From positions 166,346,001 to 166,410,000 of the forward strand of contig OZ024743.1 in the NCBI GenBank assembly GCA_964016885.1: a stretch of 64,000 bases of DNA, in the 5' to 3' direction. The notes below the pieces were generated by a model. The model searched no databases, had not been told where the DNA came from, and worked only from the letters and a program-made list of their open reading frames with translations. Each line of letters starts with the position of its first letter. Position 1 is the first letter of the stretch. The translations under genes and the position numbers were made by a program. This document shows, one piece after another, positions 25,815 through 37,623 of this stretch. This DNA comes from Eledone cirrhosa (Eukaryota).

Positions 25815-28552
25815 ATGAGACAATCACTCGAGATCACCGATAGTTCAGGGAGGACACCAGTCAGATAGATTTTATCCTTACCGGAAGACAAGATAAAGCG
25901 ACTGCTGTAAACGCAAAGTCACTTTCTGGTGAAGAATGCACCTCCCAACATAACCTAATGATTAGCGACCTTATGGTCAGGACTAGACGATCTCGATGAC
26001 AGGACAACCTTGAGGAGAAGAATGTGGAAGTTGAAGAACCCCACTGCCAGAAACAAATTTAGAGGCATGTTACTTGATGCTTTCAACAGTAAGGAAGAGC
26101 AAATAGAGACATACAATATAGAGGAATAGTGGGAATTTCTTAAAGATAACCTACTGAAGGCGAAAAATGAAATATGGGGCTGGAGAAGACTTCTAGGGAG
26201 AAGCAGAGTTACTTGGTGGTGGAACAGTAGGGTGGAGGAAGTAGAGAACACTAGTAGGTGGCTAGAAGAGAAGCTAGGCAACAAGTGTACTTCGCAAGAA
26301 GGGAAGCAGAAGATAAAAAATGTAAGCATGTTTTGCAATGCGAGGACAAAAGATGTGAGGTGTTTAGGATTGCGAGACAATGTGTCAAGGAAAATTGTGA
26401 TATTGTTGGGGAGAAGTATGTCCGTAATGATAACAGAGTACTTGCCATAACTGATGCTGAAAAGAAGATAGCATGGAAGTGCCACTATGAAAGACTACTA
26501 AATGAGAATAAATGAGATGAAGATAGTCTTCCACAAGTTGATTCAACATAGGGACTGGTTGTGCAAGTTCGTAGTAATAGTAAGGTAAGCAAAGATATGA
26601 AGATAGACAAGGCAGCTGGACCTTTGGGGATAGTTGCTGAGATGCTGAAAGAGTCAGAGATGGTAGGACATACCATAATCACCCGTATAGTAAACCAAGT
26701 AATAGAAAATGGTGTCATACCTAATGACTGGCATAGCAGCATCATCGTCAACTGCTGCAAGGGTGAAGGAGATGCTCTAGACAGAGAAAACTATAAAAGC
26801 ATTAAGTTGGTTGACCAGGTTGTGAAGGTCAACAAAAGAGTAATCGCACAGCTGATTAGGGACTAAGTTAACCTAGATGCAATGCAGTTTGGATTTGTGC
26901 CAGGAAAAAGTACCATGGATGCTCTCTTCCACATGAAGCGACTGCAGAAGTACCTAACTAAAAATAATCCCTTCTACTTAGCTTTTGGTGACTTGGAGAA
27001 AGCCTTTGACAGAGTCCCCTGCTCCATTATCTGGTAGGCTCTTAGAAAACTAGGAGTAGATGAGTGGCTTGTGAAAGATATACAAGCCATGTATAGAGCA
27101 ACAGTCAGCAACGTTAGAATTAACAATGACTATAGTGTACAGGTAGGTGTTCATCAGGGCTCTATCCTTAACCCCCTCCTGTTTATTATTGTCCTACAGG
27201 CTATAACAGAAGAGTTTAAGATTGACTGCCCATGGGAACTTCTATATGCAGATGATCTAACTCTCATAGCTGAATCTACGGCAGAACTAGAAGAAATTCC
27301 AAACATGGAAGCATGGCCTAGAATCAAAAGGCCTTAAAGTTAACTTGTCTAAGACTAAAGTATGTAGAAAGGAAAATAATTCACAGGTTCCCTCTGGGAA
27401 AAGGCCTTGCTCAGTGTATAGGAAAGGAGTACGTAAAATTCCATTCTATGTCCCAAATGCAAGCTATGGGTTCATAAAAGATGTAGTGGGATCACAAGCA
27501 GGCTATCAAAGAATGTAGGTTTATATGTGGCTGATGCTCAGGTGCAGTAAGTAGCAAATGCCCACTGGATGATATCTCCTTCAACTGCCCAGATGGTTCT
27601 ATAGAAATAGTAGACCCATTACCTGGGTGATAAAATCAGCAGTGGAAGAGGGTGTTTTGAAAGTACAGTAGCCAAAGTCAGAATGGGATGGAAAAAGTTC
27701 AGAGCTAATACCGCTGTGGCCACAAAAGGTTTCTCTCTAAAAATGAAAGGCAGATTGCAGGATGCTTATATACGAACAGCAATGTAACATGGCAGTGAGA
27801 CATGGGCATTGTGTGCAGAGGACCTGTGAAGATTGGAAAAGAACGAAGGATGCATGCTCCGGTGGATGTGTAATAGTAATATACGTAAACAGCAAAGCAT
27901 AAATGAACTAAGTGATAAATTAGGCATAAGAGGGATCAGATGCAGTATACTAGAGAGGAGATTGCATTGGTATGGTCATGTGATGTGTATGAAGGATGAC
28001 AGCTGTATAAAAAAGTGCAGGGCAATCAAAACTGATGGAAGCTACGGCGTAGGTAGACCCAGGAAGACCGGGGATGAAGTGATAAAAGCTGACCTTGCGC
28101 AATTTCACCTCTCTAAGACAAGATCACTGGATCGAGATCTTTGACGTTGTGCAGTAATACAGAAACATGCCTTCCATGCACATGGACTCAAATATACATC
28201 TTGTAGGCACCTCTTAACCACTATACCCACTTCTGTCCACACCACCATTACACTGTAAAGTTATCTTGGTATCACAACAAAAAAGCATCCAGCCCACACT
28301 GTAAAGTGGTTGTATGGGTGTCACAACAAAATTCACCCAGCTCACACTGTAAAGTGGTTGTGTAGGTTGTCATGACAAAAGGACCCAGCACATGTAAATG
28401 TGGTTAGTGTTAGGAGGGGCACCTAGCTATAGAAACTTAGCCAGAAATAGTTCTATATGAGCAAGACATGGTCACCTGACGCAACTTGCCTCAAATGAGA
28501 CAACCCATCTAACCCATGCTAGCGTGGAAAATGAATGTTAAACGATGATGAT
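25815..28552 (+). mobile_element. Decayed RTE/BovB LINE (family B), 5'-truncated
   Basis: AAGPLGIVAEMLK, QGSILNP, YADD and RRLHWYGHV in frameshifted ORFs; tandem 3' UTR module; (ATG)n tail. Confidence 0.92.
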
Positions 28553-29099
28553 ATATACATAATTCGTTTTTGAATTTGTTTTATGAGATTTCTTATCTGA
28601 AGACTTGTGTTGAAACAGATATTGTTATACTTTGGGAGGGTCATGCTGCCAATAAAAACACACGCACCTGTTGGTTTCACTTCAAATTATTATATTCATT
28701 ATTATATTCTTACTAGCAGAAAAACCATATGCACACTATCTACATGCATATTATAAGCAAATATATATGCATGTAGATATGAAACGTCAAATGAAATTGT
28801 AATTGACAATATGCACAGAAATTGAATGAAGTCTGTGTTAGACTCTCGTCTGTAATCAGTAAAGTAATCCATGATACATTAAAAAAAGATGATATTAAAT
28901 ATAAACTGCATATACAATAAACTAAAATGTTATGAAATCGAAAAAGGAGAAAATTAGCGACCTAAATATAAACCTTATATAATGATGCAAATATATGAAT
29001 GTTTATATAAGCGATGTGATAAGTGTTATAATATAACAGACGCTAACCGAAAGTGTTGACATTTGAAAATTTTAAAGAAGTGAATCTTAAAATAAGCAA

Positions 29100-29645
29100 T
29101 CTATATATATAAAGCTGTGGTTGTCTGTCTGTCTATCGATTTTTGGCACACATCTCCTCTTAGAATCTCAGACGGAATTGCACCGAAATTGCTATACTTG
29201 TACATTGAGCCCTAGTGAAGACATCGGAAAAAAAATATTTCAAATTGACCCACCCTATGTGACGAAATCGAATCTAATGTATCGATTTTTGAGCGTAAGT
29301 GACGAGTTATTTCCCTTTGTTCTGTTTACATTGAGCGTCTTTAAAAAATTACGCTGGCTTTCTCAGCGTTTAAAATGACATTAACACAATACACGAACAG
29401 TTGTCGAGCCAGCAAAACTTTGACCTGCAAAATTCATCAGTTCGAACACTAAGCTTCCGTTTTGCTTCATTTCCATTTAAAAGCCTTTTAAAACAATATT
29501 TTTACTTGAAAACAAGTCTATAAATTTCGTTAGGCGTGCAGACAGACAGTCGTGCAGACAGACTTTAAGCCAAAAAAGAAACTTAACATTGTAACTTTAA
29601 CACAGCTACTGAGCGACCCCGAGCAACGCCGGGCTTTACTGCTAG
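29100..29645 (+). mobile_element. Non-autonomous Helitron-like element
   Basis: A|TCTATATATATAAAG 5' end, GTCT microsatellite, CCCG..CGGG hairpin, CTAG|T 3' end, no TSD. Confidence 0.85.
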
Positions 29646-29720
29646 TACCTTATATATAAGAATATTTATGTTTAATCAAGAGCTACAAAATTTAGTAGAT
29701 AAATTACATAATATCCATTC

Positions 29721-29892
29721 ATTCGGTAGAGGGTCGGACGCCATGCTTTCCAGCATAGTTACGTCCCTTTACGATCTGAGTTCAAATCCCGCCGAGGTTG
29801 ACTTTGCCTTTCATCCTTACGGGGTCGATAAAATAAAGTACCAGTAATGAACTGGTGATTGCTGGCCTTGTGCCTAAAGTAGAAACAATTAT
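29721..29892 (+). mobile_element. tRNA-derived SINE (same family as 10786)
   Basis: GTTCAAATCCCGCCGAGG, GGGGTCGATAAAAT, GTAGAAACAATT tail. Confidence 0.88.
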
Positions 29893-29981
29893 TTATTCAA
29901 AGTAACAGGGTAAAAACAGGGTAAAAAAAAACAGGGTAAAAAAAATATAAAACGGGCACTGTCCTGCACTCCTTTATTATA

Positions 29982-30700
29982 TTATAGATTCCTACACTGT
30001 CCCTCAGTACAACTTATGCTATATACTACATTCTTAGTTTTGCAGTTAGTTTGCAGGCTTAACTTGCAGACTATGCATTTCCTATCAGCACAGGGTGATC
30101 TTTGAAATGGGTATGTTTTGCTAATTATGGTTTTTATGGGAATACCTGGTCTTTCAACTATCTTAATATCTAATTTGAGCTTGTCTAAGGCCCTTCTAAA
30201 TCTGTAAGCTAATTCGCCTCTAGGGGTTGTATTGATGAACATTATATGTCTAGCTCATGCTAGCATTGACGATAGATGTTAAACGATGATGATGATGATG
30301 ATGATACACTTACTATAGCAATACTGTAGGAATAAGAATATAACATACATAGGTGAAACAACCCGTAGCATAGGAGAAAGAATAAGTGAACACTAGCGAA
30401 AACTCCAGGATGGGAAAAACTCATCAGTACTCCACTAACATGCCAAAATAGAACATAGGGGAACATTAGAGAATATAGAGATAAAAATTATATCCACACA
30501 CAGAAAAGATGCAATCCTCAGACAAATCACAGAGGCAACAAACATAAATAAACTCAAACCAAAATTAAACAGAAAACATGAGTGGAATAGCAACATCACA
30601 ACTAGTCATTAAGGACAAAATGAAGACATACAGGCACACAAAAACCAAACTAACAAAACAAATCAGACACACACAGATAGAACAAACAACCAACTAGTGA
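29982..30700. mobile_element. Penelope-like element remnant with GIY-YIG domain split across strands
   Basis: Minus strand 29982-30250: IVERPG..CIVC..CKTKNVVYSISC. Plus strand from 30325: CRNKNITYIGETTRSIGERISEH, later ITEA..INKLKPKLNRKHEW. Confidence 0.85.
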
Positions 30701-31349
30701 CAAGTAAATAAACACATAAATAAATAAACAAAAACTTCTGTTTTCCTTCGTCTCTCCTTCTTTGCGCCTGTTCTTGCTACAATCAGATATTTATCTCTTC
30801 GCTCTCCCTTGTTAGGTCTCCTTTTTAACTTCTCTCTCTCTCCCACTGGTTACTGTAATTTACATGTACTACTGTCTCGTGTTTCCCCCTCTCTATCGGT
30901 ATGTTTTTCTTTAGTTTATTTTCTTTTTCTGTCGTTCTCTTCGCTATCGTCTGTTTTTTTCTTTTTTCTTCCCTGATAATTATTCCTCTTAATTATCAAT
31001 GCACTGTGGTGAGATGTACTGTCTTTAATGCGCCAAAATATCAGTGACCCACAGAAGACAGCTAAAGAGCTGGAATTGTCCTATATGTTTGTGTTTCTGT
31101 CATGTTTTCATAATAATAATATATATATATATAGGGAGCAGCGGCTGTTAGGGCAAGACGTGTTTTCTCGGGCTCTGCTAGAGTCAGCAGCAACACACAA
31201 CCACGTGTTGCTACACACACACACGAGGAAAGAGAAAATTTATGAGACCAATAGAGATATGTACATTTATATATTTATATCTAGATATTGCTATTATCAT
31301 TTACAGTCCCTCTGTGTTTAATGTATGTTCATTAGTATATGTGTTGTTA

Positions 31350-31660
31350 TTTCTTATTTCTGCTTACATTTTACATATATACATATATATATCTATATAT
31401 ATGCTTGCGTGGACCCCTCTCAAAAATTCGTTGGATTTTCTAATTGGATACCCCGAAACTGGATACCAACACTGAATACACCTGAACTTCTACCAGGAAA
31501 TCTTTCGTTGTTATTTCTGCTTGCATTTTACATATATACATATATATATCAATGCTTGCGTGGACCCCTCTTAAAGATTCGTTGGATTTTCTAATTGGAT
31601 ACCCCGAAACTGGATACCAATCACTGAATACACCTGAACTTCTACCAGAAAATCTTTCAT
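31350..31660. repeat. Tandem duplication of a ~155-bp unit
   Basis: atgcttgcgtggacccctct...cttctacca..aaatctttc occurs at about 31401 and 31552. Confidence 0.9.
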
Positions 31661-31789
31661 ATCAGTGAAAATTTTCTTTTCTTTGCTTCATATATATATA
31701 TTATATATACTTGTCCGCCATTGCAAAAGGCCATAAATTCAAAATTTTGAAGAGAGAAGTGATCTATGAACTTGTAGCATCTCACTGAC

Positions 31790-32490
31790 CCCCCCGCCAC
31801 CACAATAACAATAACGCCTACACTCGCTCCCCACCATCACCACATTACTCTAAGGTCGCTGTCCTGTCCCCTGTTGACATACTGCTGACTCTCTTTTGAT
31901 GTATGTATGTGTATATACATATGTGTATGTGTGTGTATAGGTATATCTCAGTGGATACGACCAGATTTGAACACAGCAACAACTACAACAACAACAACAA
32001 CAACAGCAACAACACCATCGTCTGTGTTGAATGTGTGTGTGTGTATGTATTTGTATATATGCGACAGCAATAACAGCATCAACACCATTGTCTGCAGCAA
32101 CAGCAGCAGTGAAATGAAGAACAACAACAACAGCAACAACTACAATAACAACTACAGCACCAACAACTGCCACCACCATCACTGACCATCCACCACCACC
32201 ACCGCCATTACCAGCGTAAAGCAAACAATTATTATTGTTATTATTATTATATACAAGCTGAACTGGACTGGGAAAGGTCAACAGTTGACATGATAGTGAT
32301 TTTGACTTTGACGATTTTGATTTTGTATCAGTACTGTCGGTAATATATGTATATATATGTGTTTGTGAGTGGTGTGTGTGATTGTATGCATGAATGAGTG
32401 TTGGTATGTGTGGTTGTGGTTTGTATGCATGAGTATTGGTGTGTGAGTGTTTGTGTGTGCGTCGTGTCAATAATTTTTTTTTTTTTTTTT
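31790..32490. repeat. Compound microsatellite block (CAA, TG, CAC, ATT, poly-T)
   Basis: Direct inspection. Confidence 0.9.
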
Positions 32491-32491
32491 T

Positions 32492-35400
32492 AATGACCAT
32501 GCTGTAAAATGGAGGGGTAGAGAGGGCCCTTGAGTCTAGTAAGACATCCTCTCTAGTGCTGGTGGCACAAATAAAAGCACCCAATCCATGCTGTAAAGTG
32601 GCGCTGGTGTTAGGAAGGGCATCCAACCAGTGTATCAATGCCAAAACGCTTATCAGCACAGCAACAAATAGGAACAACAACAAAATATGAAGACGTCGCA
32701 TCTCAGAGTTGCAACACTTAATGTTGGCACTCTCAGAGGTAGATCTGCTGAAATAGCGGAGATACTGGAGAGAAGGCAGGTGGATGTGTGCTGCGTGCAA
32801 GAGGTGAGATGGAGAGGTGCCTCTGCGAGACTAGTCGTAGGCAAGCGTCTTAGCTATAAGCTATTCTGGGTAGGTAAGGATGATGGGTTAGGGGGAGTAG
32901 GCATTTTCCTGGCTGAGAAATGGATCAATAAGACAATAGAGGTAGTTCGAGTTAGTAATCGAATAATTAAGCTTAGATTAGTTGTAGGTAGGAGACTACT
33001 GACAATCATCTCGGTCTATGCTCCCCAAGTAGGCCTAGGCAAAGATGAGAAAGACTGCTTTTATGAGCAACTTTTGCAAACAACCACAATGACAGAGGAC
33101 GGAGACATCGTTATGCTAGCAGGAGACTTCAATGGTCATGTTGGACAGCTCCAGGATGGTTACACTGGGGTACATGGTGGGCACGGTTACGGTTCAAGAA
33201 ATGAAGGAGTGAGACTTCTTGAATTTTGTGATGCAAGTACATTGACTATTTGCAACACAAACTTCCAGAAACCTGCCAATCACCTAATAACCTACAAATC
33301 TGGTGAGCACATAAGCCAGATTGACTTCCTGCTAGTTAGGCAGCGGGACAGGCAGATAGTGTCTAATACCAAGGCATACCCTGGGGAAGAATGTACCCCA
33401 CAGCATAGGTTAGTTGTTAGTGATATCTCAGTAAGCAAGAGATGGAATGAGACATATAGGAAGGTGTGGAGAAGAAAGGTCTGGAAGCTAAAAGACCTTT
33501 CACTAAAATACAAATTTAGGAAAGCCCTTCAAGATGTATATGACGAAAAAGAAGACGATTTAGAGACGTATGACATAGATAATAACTGGAAGTTCTTACG
33601 TGACAACTTGCTGCAGGCTACTGATGAAACCTGTGGCTGGAGCAGAGCTCCAACCAGACAGAGAGTGACCTGGTGGTGGAACAGCACAGTAGATAAGGCT
33701 ATTAGAGACAAAAGACTAGCATGGAAGGCTTGGAAAAAGGGTGGGAGTAGGGAAGAATATACAGCCACTAAGAGAGAAGCTAGACGTCAGGTGTACTTAG
33801 CACGCAGGGAGGCAGAGAGTAGGAGGTTTGCCAATGTTCTGCGACGGGAAGATCAGAGGCGTGCGGTGTTCCACATTGCAAGGCAGTGTGTCAATGCAAA
33901 TCAGGATGTTGTTGGAGATAAATGTGTCCGGGATGATGCCGGTGTACTTAGTGTCACGAATGACCAGAAAAAGGAGGCCTGGAAATGTCATTATGAGAGA
34001 CTGATGAATGTGGAGAACGAATGGGAGAGAGAGAAATTACCCTTGGTAGATCCAACAGAGGGACCAGCTATTGAGATTGACGAATATAGGGTCCAAGAGG
34101 CGATTAGGGAAATGAAAAATGGTAAGGCGGCCGGACCATCGGGAATAGTTGCTGAGATGCTGAAGGCATCAGGGGACGTAGGCACTAAACTGGTTGCACG
34201 CATCATCAATCAGGCTATATATGGTGGTGTCATACCCAAAGACTGGTGCAGCAGTATTCTCATAAATTGCTACAAAGGTAAAGGGGATGCTTTGGAGAGG
34301 AGCAATTATAGGGGTATAAAACTGATAGATCAGGTTATGAAAGTGGCAGAAAGGATTTTAGCACAACTAATTAGAGAAAGGGTCAAACTAAATGAGATGC
34401 AGTTTGGTTTTGTGCCTGGGAAGAGTACAACAGATGCCCTCTTCTTGGTGAGACAAATGCAAGAGAGATTCTTAGAGAAGAATAAGCCACTATACTTAGC
34501 CTTTGTTGACCTAGAGAAGGCCTTTGATAGGGTACCCCGATCTGTCATCTGGTGGTCCCTAAGGAAGCTAGGTGTTGAGGAATGGCTTGTGAGGACAGTG
34601 CAAACTTTGTACAGAGGTACTCTCAGTAAAGTCAGGGTAGGAATGGAGTTTAGTGAGGAATTCCAGATACAAGTAGGAGTACATCAGGGTTCGGTCCTCA
34701 GCCCGCTCTTGTTCATTATAGTCCTCCAAGCCATAACAGAGGAGTTTAAGACTGGCTGTCCATGGGAACTTCTCTATGCTGACGATCTGGCTCTTATAGC
34801 AGAATCAGTAGAGGAGCTAGAGAATAAATTCCGGCTATGGAAACAGCAGTTGGAAGCAAGAGGACTGAGAGTAAATCTAGCTAAGACAAAAGTGTTGATG
34901 AGTAGAAAAGAGGACAAAACCCTGATTCCGTCAGGGAAATGGCCATGTTCGATATGCAGAAAAGGAACTGGCATAAATTCTATAAAATGCACACAATGCA
35001 GGTCCTGGGTACACAAGAGATGTAGCGGGATAGCAGGCAAACTAACAGGTAGGGAGAAATATGTATGCAGTAGATGTACAGGGAAATTAGACAGTAGAAG
35101 TCGCACTGATAGACACATTTTTCAAATGCGAGAGGGCGCTATAGAAGTGGTGGATAGCTTCCGGTACCTAGGAGATCAGATTAGCATGGGAGGAGGGTGT
35201 TCCGAGGCCATAGTATCTAGAATAAGGACGGGTTGGAAGAAGTTTAGGGAGCTGCTTCCTCTGTTGACAAAGAAGGGTTTCTCCCTGTGTACGAAAGGCC
35301 GGTTGTATGATGCCTGTGTGAGGAGCGCGATGCTGCATGGTAGTGAGACATGGGCAGCAACCGCAGAGGATATGCGACGGCTGGAGAGAAATGAGGCAAG

Positions 35401-35779
35401 CATGCTCCGTTGGATGTGCAGTGTAAATGTGCGTGAACGACCCAGCATAAATGTGTTGAGAGAGAAACTGTGTCTGAGAGGGATAGAATGTAGTGTACAG
35501 GAGAGGAGACAGAGGTGGTATGGACATGTGATGTGCATGGAGGATGACCGATGGGTGAAGAAGTGCCAGGAAATGCCAGTTGAAGGAAGACGTGGTAGAG
35601 GTAGACCACGAAAAACATCGGCGGAGGTGGTGAGAACAGACCTCAGATCATTGAAAATCACGGCGGAGATGACGAGGGACCGTGACGAGTGGAGAGATGC
35701 TGTGCTGAATAAGACCCGTCCCACCCTTGCAAGCAGGGAAAAGCGGACGTAAAATGATGATGATGATGATGATGATGAT
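32492..35779 (+). mobile_element. RTE/BovB-clade LINE (family A), antisense in a TTF2 intron
   Basis: Short 5' UTR with the AAAAGCACCC..GTTAGGAAGGGCATCC module, a single long ORF, and an (ATG)n tail directly after the stop codon. No clear TSD. Confidence 0.95.
32687..35752 (+). CDS. RTE ORF: APE endonuclease, reverse transcriptase, C4HC3 finger, C-terminal domain (1021 aa, uninterrupted)
   Basis: TLNVGTL, VQEVRW, YAPQ, GDFNGH, IDFLL, QHRLV (APE); AAGPSG, NYRGIKL, QFGF, FVDLEKAFD, QGSVLSP, YADD, FRYLG (RT); RWYGHV, RGRGRPRKT. Confidence 0.97.
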   Translation: MKTSHLRVATLNVGTLRGRSAEIAEILERRQVDVCCVQEVRWRGASARLVVGKRLSYKLFWVGKDDGLGGVGIFLAEKWINKTIEVVRVSNRIIKLRLVVGRRLLTIISVYAPQVGLGKDEKDCFYEQLLQTTTMTEDGDIVMLAGDFNGHVGQLQDGYTGVHGGHGYGSRNEGVRLLEFCDASTLTICNTNFQKPANHLITYKSGEHISQIDFLLVRQRDRQIVSNTKAYPGEECTPQHRLVVSDISVSKRWNETYRKVWRRKVWKLKDLSLKYKFRKALQDVYDEKEDDLETYDIDNNWKFLRDNLLQATDETCGWSRAPTRQRVTWWWNSTVDKAIRDKRLAWKAWKKGGSREEYTATKREARRQVYLARREAESRRFANVLRREDQRRAVFHIARQCVNANQDVVGDKCVRDDAGVLSVTNDQKKEAWKCHYERLMNVENEWEREKLPLVDPTEGPAIEIDEYRVQEAIREMKNGKAAGPSGIVAEMLKASGDVGTKLVARIINQAIYGGVIPKDWCSSILINCYKGKGDALERSNYRGIKLIDQVMKVAERILAQLIRERVKLNEMQFGFVPGKSTTDALFLVRQMQERFLEKNKPLYLAFVDLEKAFDRVPRSVIWWSLRKLGVEEWLVRTVQTLYRGTLSKVRVGMEFSEEFQIQVGVHQGSVLSPLLFIIVLQAITEEFKTGCPWELLYADDLALIAESVEELENKFRLWKQQLEARGLRVNLAKTKVLMSRKEDKTLIPSGKWPCSICRKGTGINSIKCTQCRSWVHKRCSGIAGKLTGREKYVCSRCTGKLDSRSRTDRHIFQMREGAIEVVDSFRYLGDQISMGGGCSEAIVSRIRTGWKKFRELLPLLTKKGFSLCTKGRLYDACVRSAMLHGSETWAATAEDMRRLERNEASMLRWMCSVNVRERPSINVLREKLCLRGIECSVQERRQRWYGHVMCMEDDRWVKKCQEMPVEGRRGRGRPRKTSAEVVRTDLRSLKITAEMTRDRDEWRDAVLNKTRPTLASREKRT

Positions 35780-35782
35780 ATA

Positions 35783-37214
35783 CGGTAGACATAAATGCAA
35801 TTCAATTCAAGCACTGAATGTCATGTTTCTTCATCGAAATAAGGATGACGGAATATAATTAGAATGAGGAAAATGCGCAGTTGTAGATGTTAGTCCTTTA
35901 TTAATAAATCTGTGATACATATTTCAATGACGATCATGATCACTTGATTATTTAATCAATTCTCGTGATTTCATTAGACACCAAAATTGAGTAAAAGGTT
36001 ATGTTTCCAAGGCAATCCTATATTCAAGGGAACAGACAAAAAATTATGTTTTTGCTGGGATTGTCCATCCTTTTGTGAGCTTCAGAACATCCCGACAGCT
36101 CTGCACAGATGCAGAAGTGGGGGAAGTTGACCACTTAACCACCACCCAAATTAATACAACCCTAGGTGAGTCAGCCCACACACCAGTCCCCCACCACCTC
36201 AGCCAGCAAACTGATACGGTCACAGAGAGTACAATTCAGCCACAGAGTTGTTGCTTACTGTTAATTTCAGTATCTAGCAGAATTTTGTGTTTGGGGCGAG
36301 GGAATATACTGACCATTAACCACAAAGTGAGAATATAACTTAATGTTATGGTTAATAAAATTACAGATCAACAATTAAAAGTTAAAAACTAAAAATTAAA
36401 AAATTTAGACAGTCTAAAAATAATTGTTTCTACTTTTGGTACAAATAATATCAAACGGATTGATGTGTACATTAGTAATAGAGATTGGGTTCAAAATTGG
36501 ATATTAAATGTTGATAGTTGGTGATTAATAATTGAATGTTATTAATTTATTATGAAGCCAGACTAGCAAGAACTGGCATCTTAACAAAAATGACAGGTGA
36601 AATTTAAAGTATAGAATGTAATAATTAGATAATCATATAGTTGATATCCTAGTTAATCCAGTAGAGACCAATAGGAATACATGTAGAAGGAAAATGTAGG
36701 AGGAAGTATAAAAAAGAAAAGATAAGATAAAATGAAAAGAGGAACAAAGGAATTATAAGGAAAAAATATGTGACAAATGTCTGAGTGGGAATAAAGTAGA
36801 GGTGACGAATTACAAAGAGTCCAGTTATATTCACAGTACTTTGAGTGTTTTGGTCAGTTCAGTCCCAGCCAGGTGCAAATAGACTTCTCCAGCTCTCCAT
36901 GGCTAGGTGAGGCAGGATGGGACGTTTCCAAGCTTTAGTACGAAATAAAAGGTGTTGCGGGAAAATAAGAAGATATCATTGCTTTTGGTTCTCTCATTAA
37001 TCCGGTCGAAAGTTGGTGCATAATTATATTTTCAACTGTTAGGGATATCCAACAGTAGAGGACATTTTTGGGTGTAGTTGATAGCCGATGCCTCACTTCA
37101 TCAAATTTATTTACAACTTTGCATTTTCCTCATTCTAATTAAATTCCATCATCCTTATTTTGATGAAGTAACATGACATCGAGTGCTTGAATTGAATTGC
37201 ATCTATGTCTACTG
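35783..37214. mobile_element. Non-autonomous DNA transposon with ~105-bp TIRs (Tc1/mariner-like)
   Basis: CGGTAGACATAAATGCAATTCAATTCAAGCAC..GAATGAGGAAAATGC at 35783 is the reverse complement of ..GCATTTTCCTCATTC..GTGCTTGAATTGAATTGCATCTATGTCTACTG ending at 37214; TA on the left, TG on the right. Confidence 0.82.
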
Positions 37215-37334
37215 TGTGTATTAGCTCTGCCTGTTGAGTGCTTTTTAATACAATCTGATATACATACTTTTATTAGAATGCTGTTGAAGTGTGTGTACAT
37301 TTTGGGGAGAGGGGGACACCCTGTATATATTGTT

Positions 37335-37575
37335 ATAGAAGAATCAGATGCAGTGTGCAGGAAAGGAGATTGCGCTGGTATGGACATGTGATGCATATGA
37401 AGGATGACAACTGTATAAAAAGGTGCAGAGCACTTAAAATCGATGGAAACCATAGAGTGGGGAGACACAGGAAGACTTGGGGCGATGTGATAAAAGCTGA
37501 GCTTGCCCAATTGCACCTCTCAAAGGCAATGACACAGGACCAGGATCTCTGACATTATGCAGTAATACAGAAGTA
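37335..37575 (+). mobile_element. RTE family B 3' fragment
   Basis: IRCSVQERRLRWYGHVMHMKDD...RKTW. Confidence 0.85.
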
Positions 37576-37623
37576 CCGATTTCCCACGGGCACAGGTAAA
37601 AAATGAAGCATATGTATGATATG

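Noticed and set aside
28590-28625. CTGAAGA..GAAAC hammerhead-like string (also a CTGATAA..GAAA string near 57985-58050, minus)
   Set aside because: Flanking stems cannot be closed convincingly; at most degenerate relics.
31850-32800. 316-aa minus-strand ORF with poly-N/G/V/C tracts
   Set aside because: Made of microsatellites plus the antisense of the LINE 5' end; no domain signal.
35176-35814. 212-aa and similar antisense ORFs over RTE copies (e.g. 51876-52613)
   Set aside because: Shadow frames of the RTE ORF.
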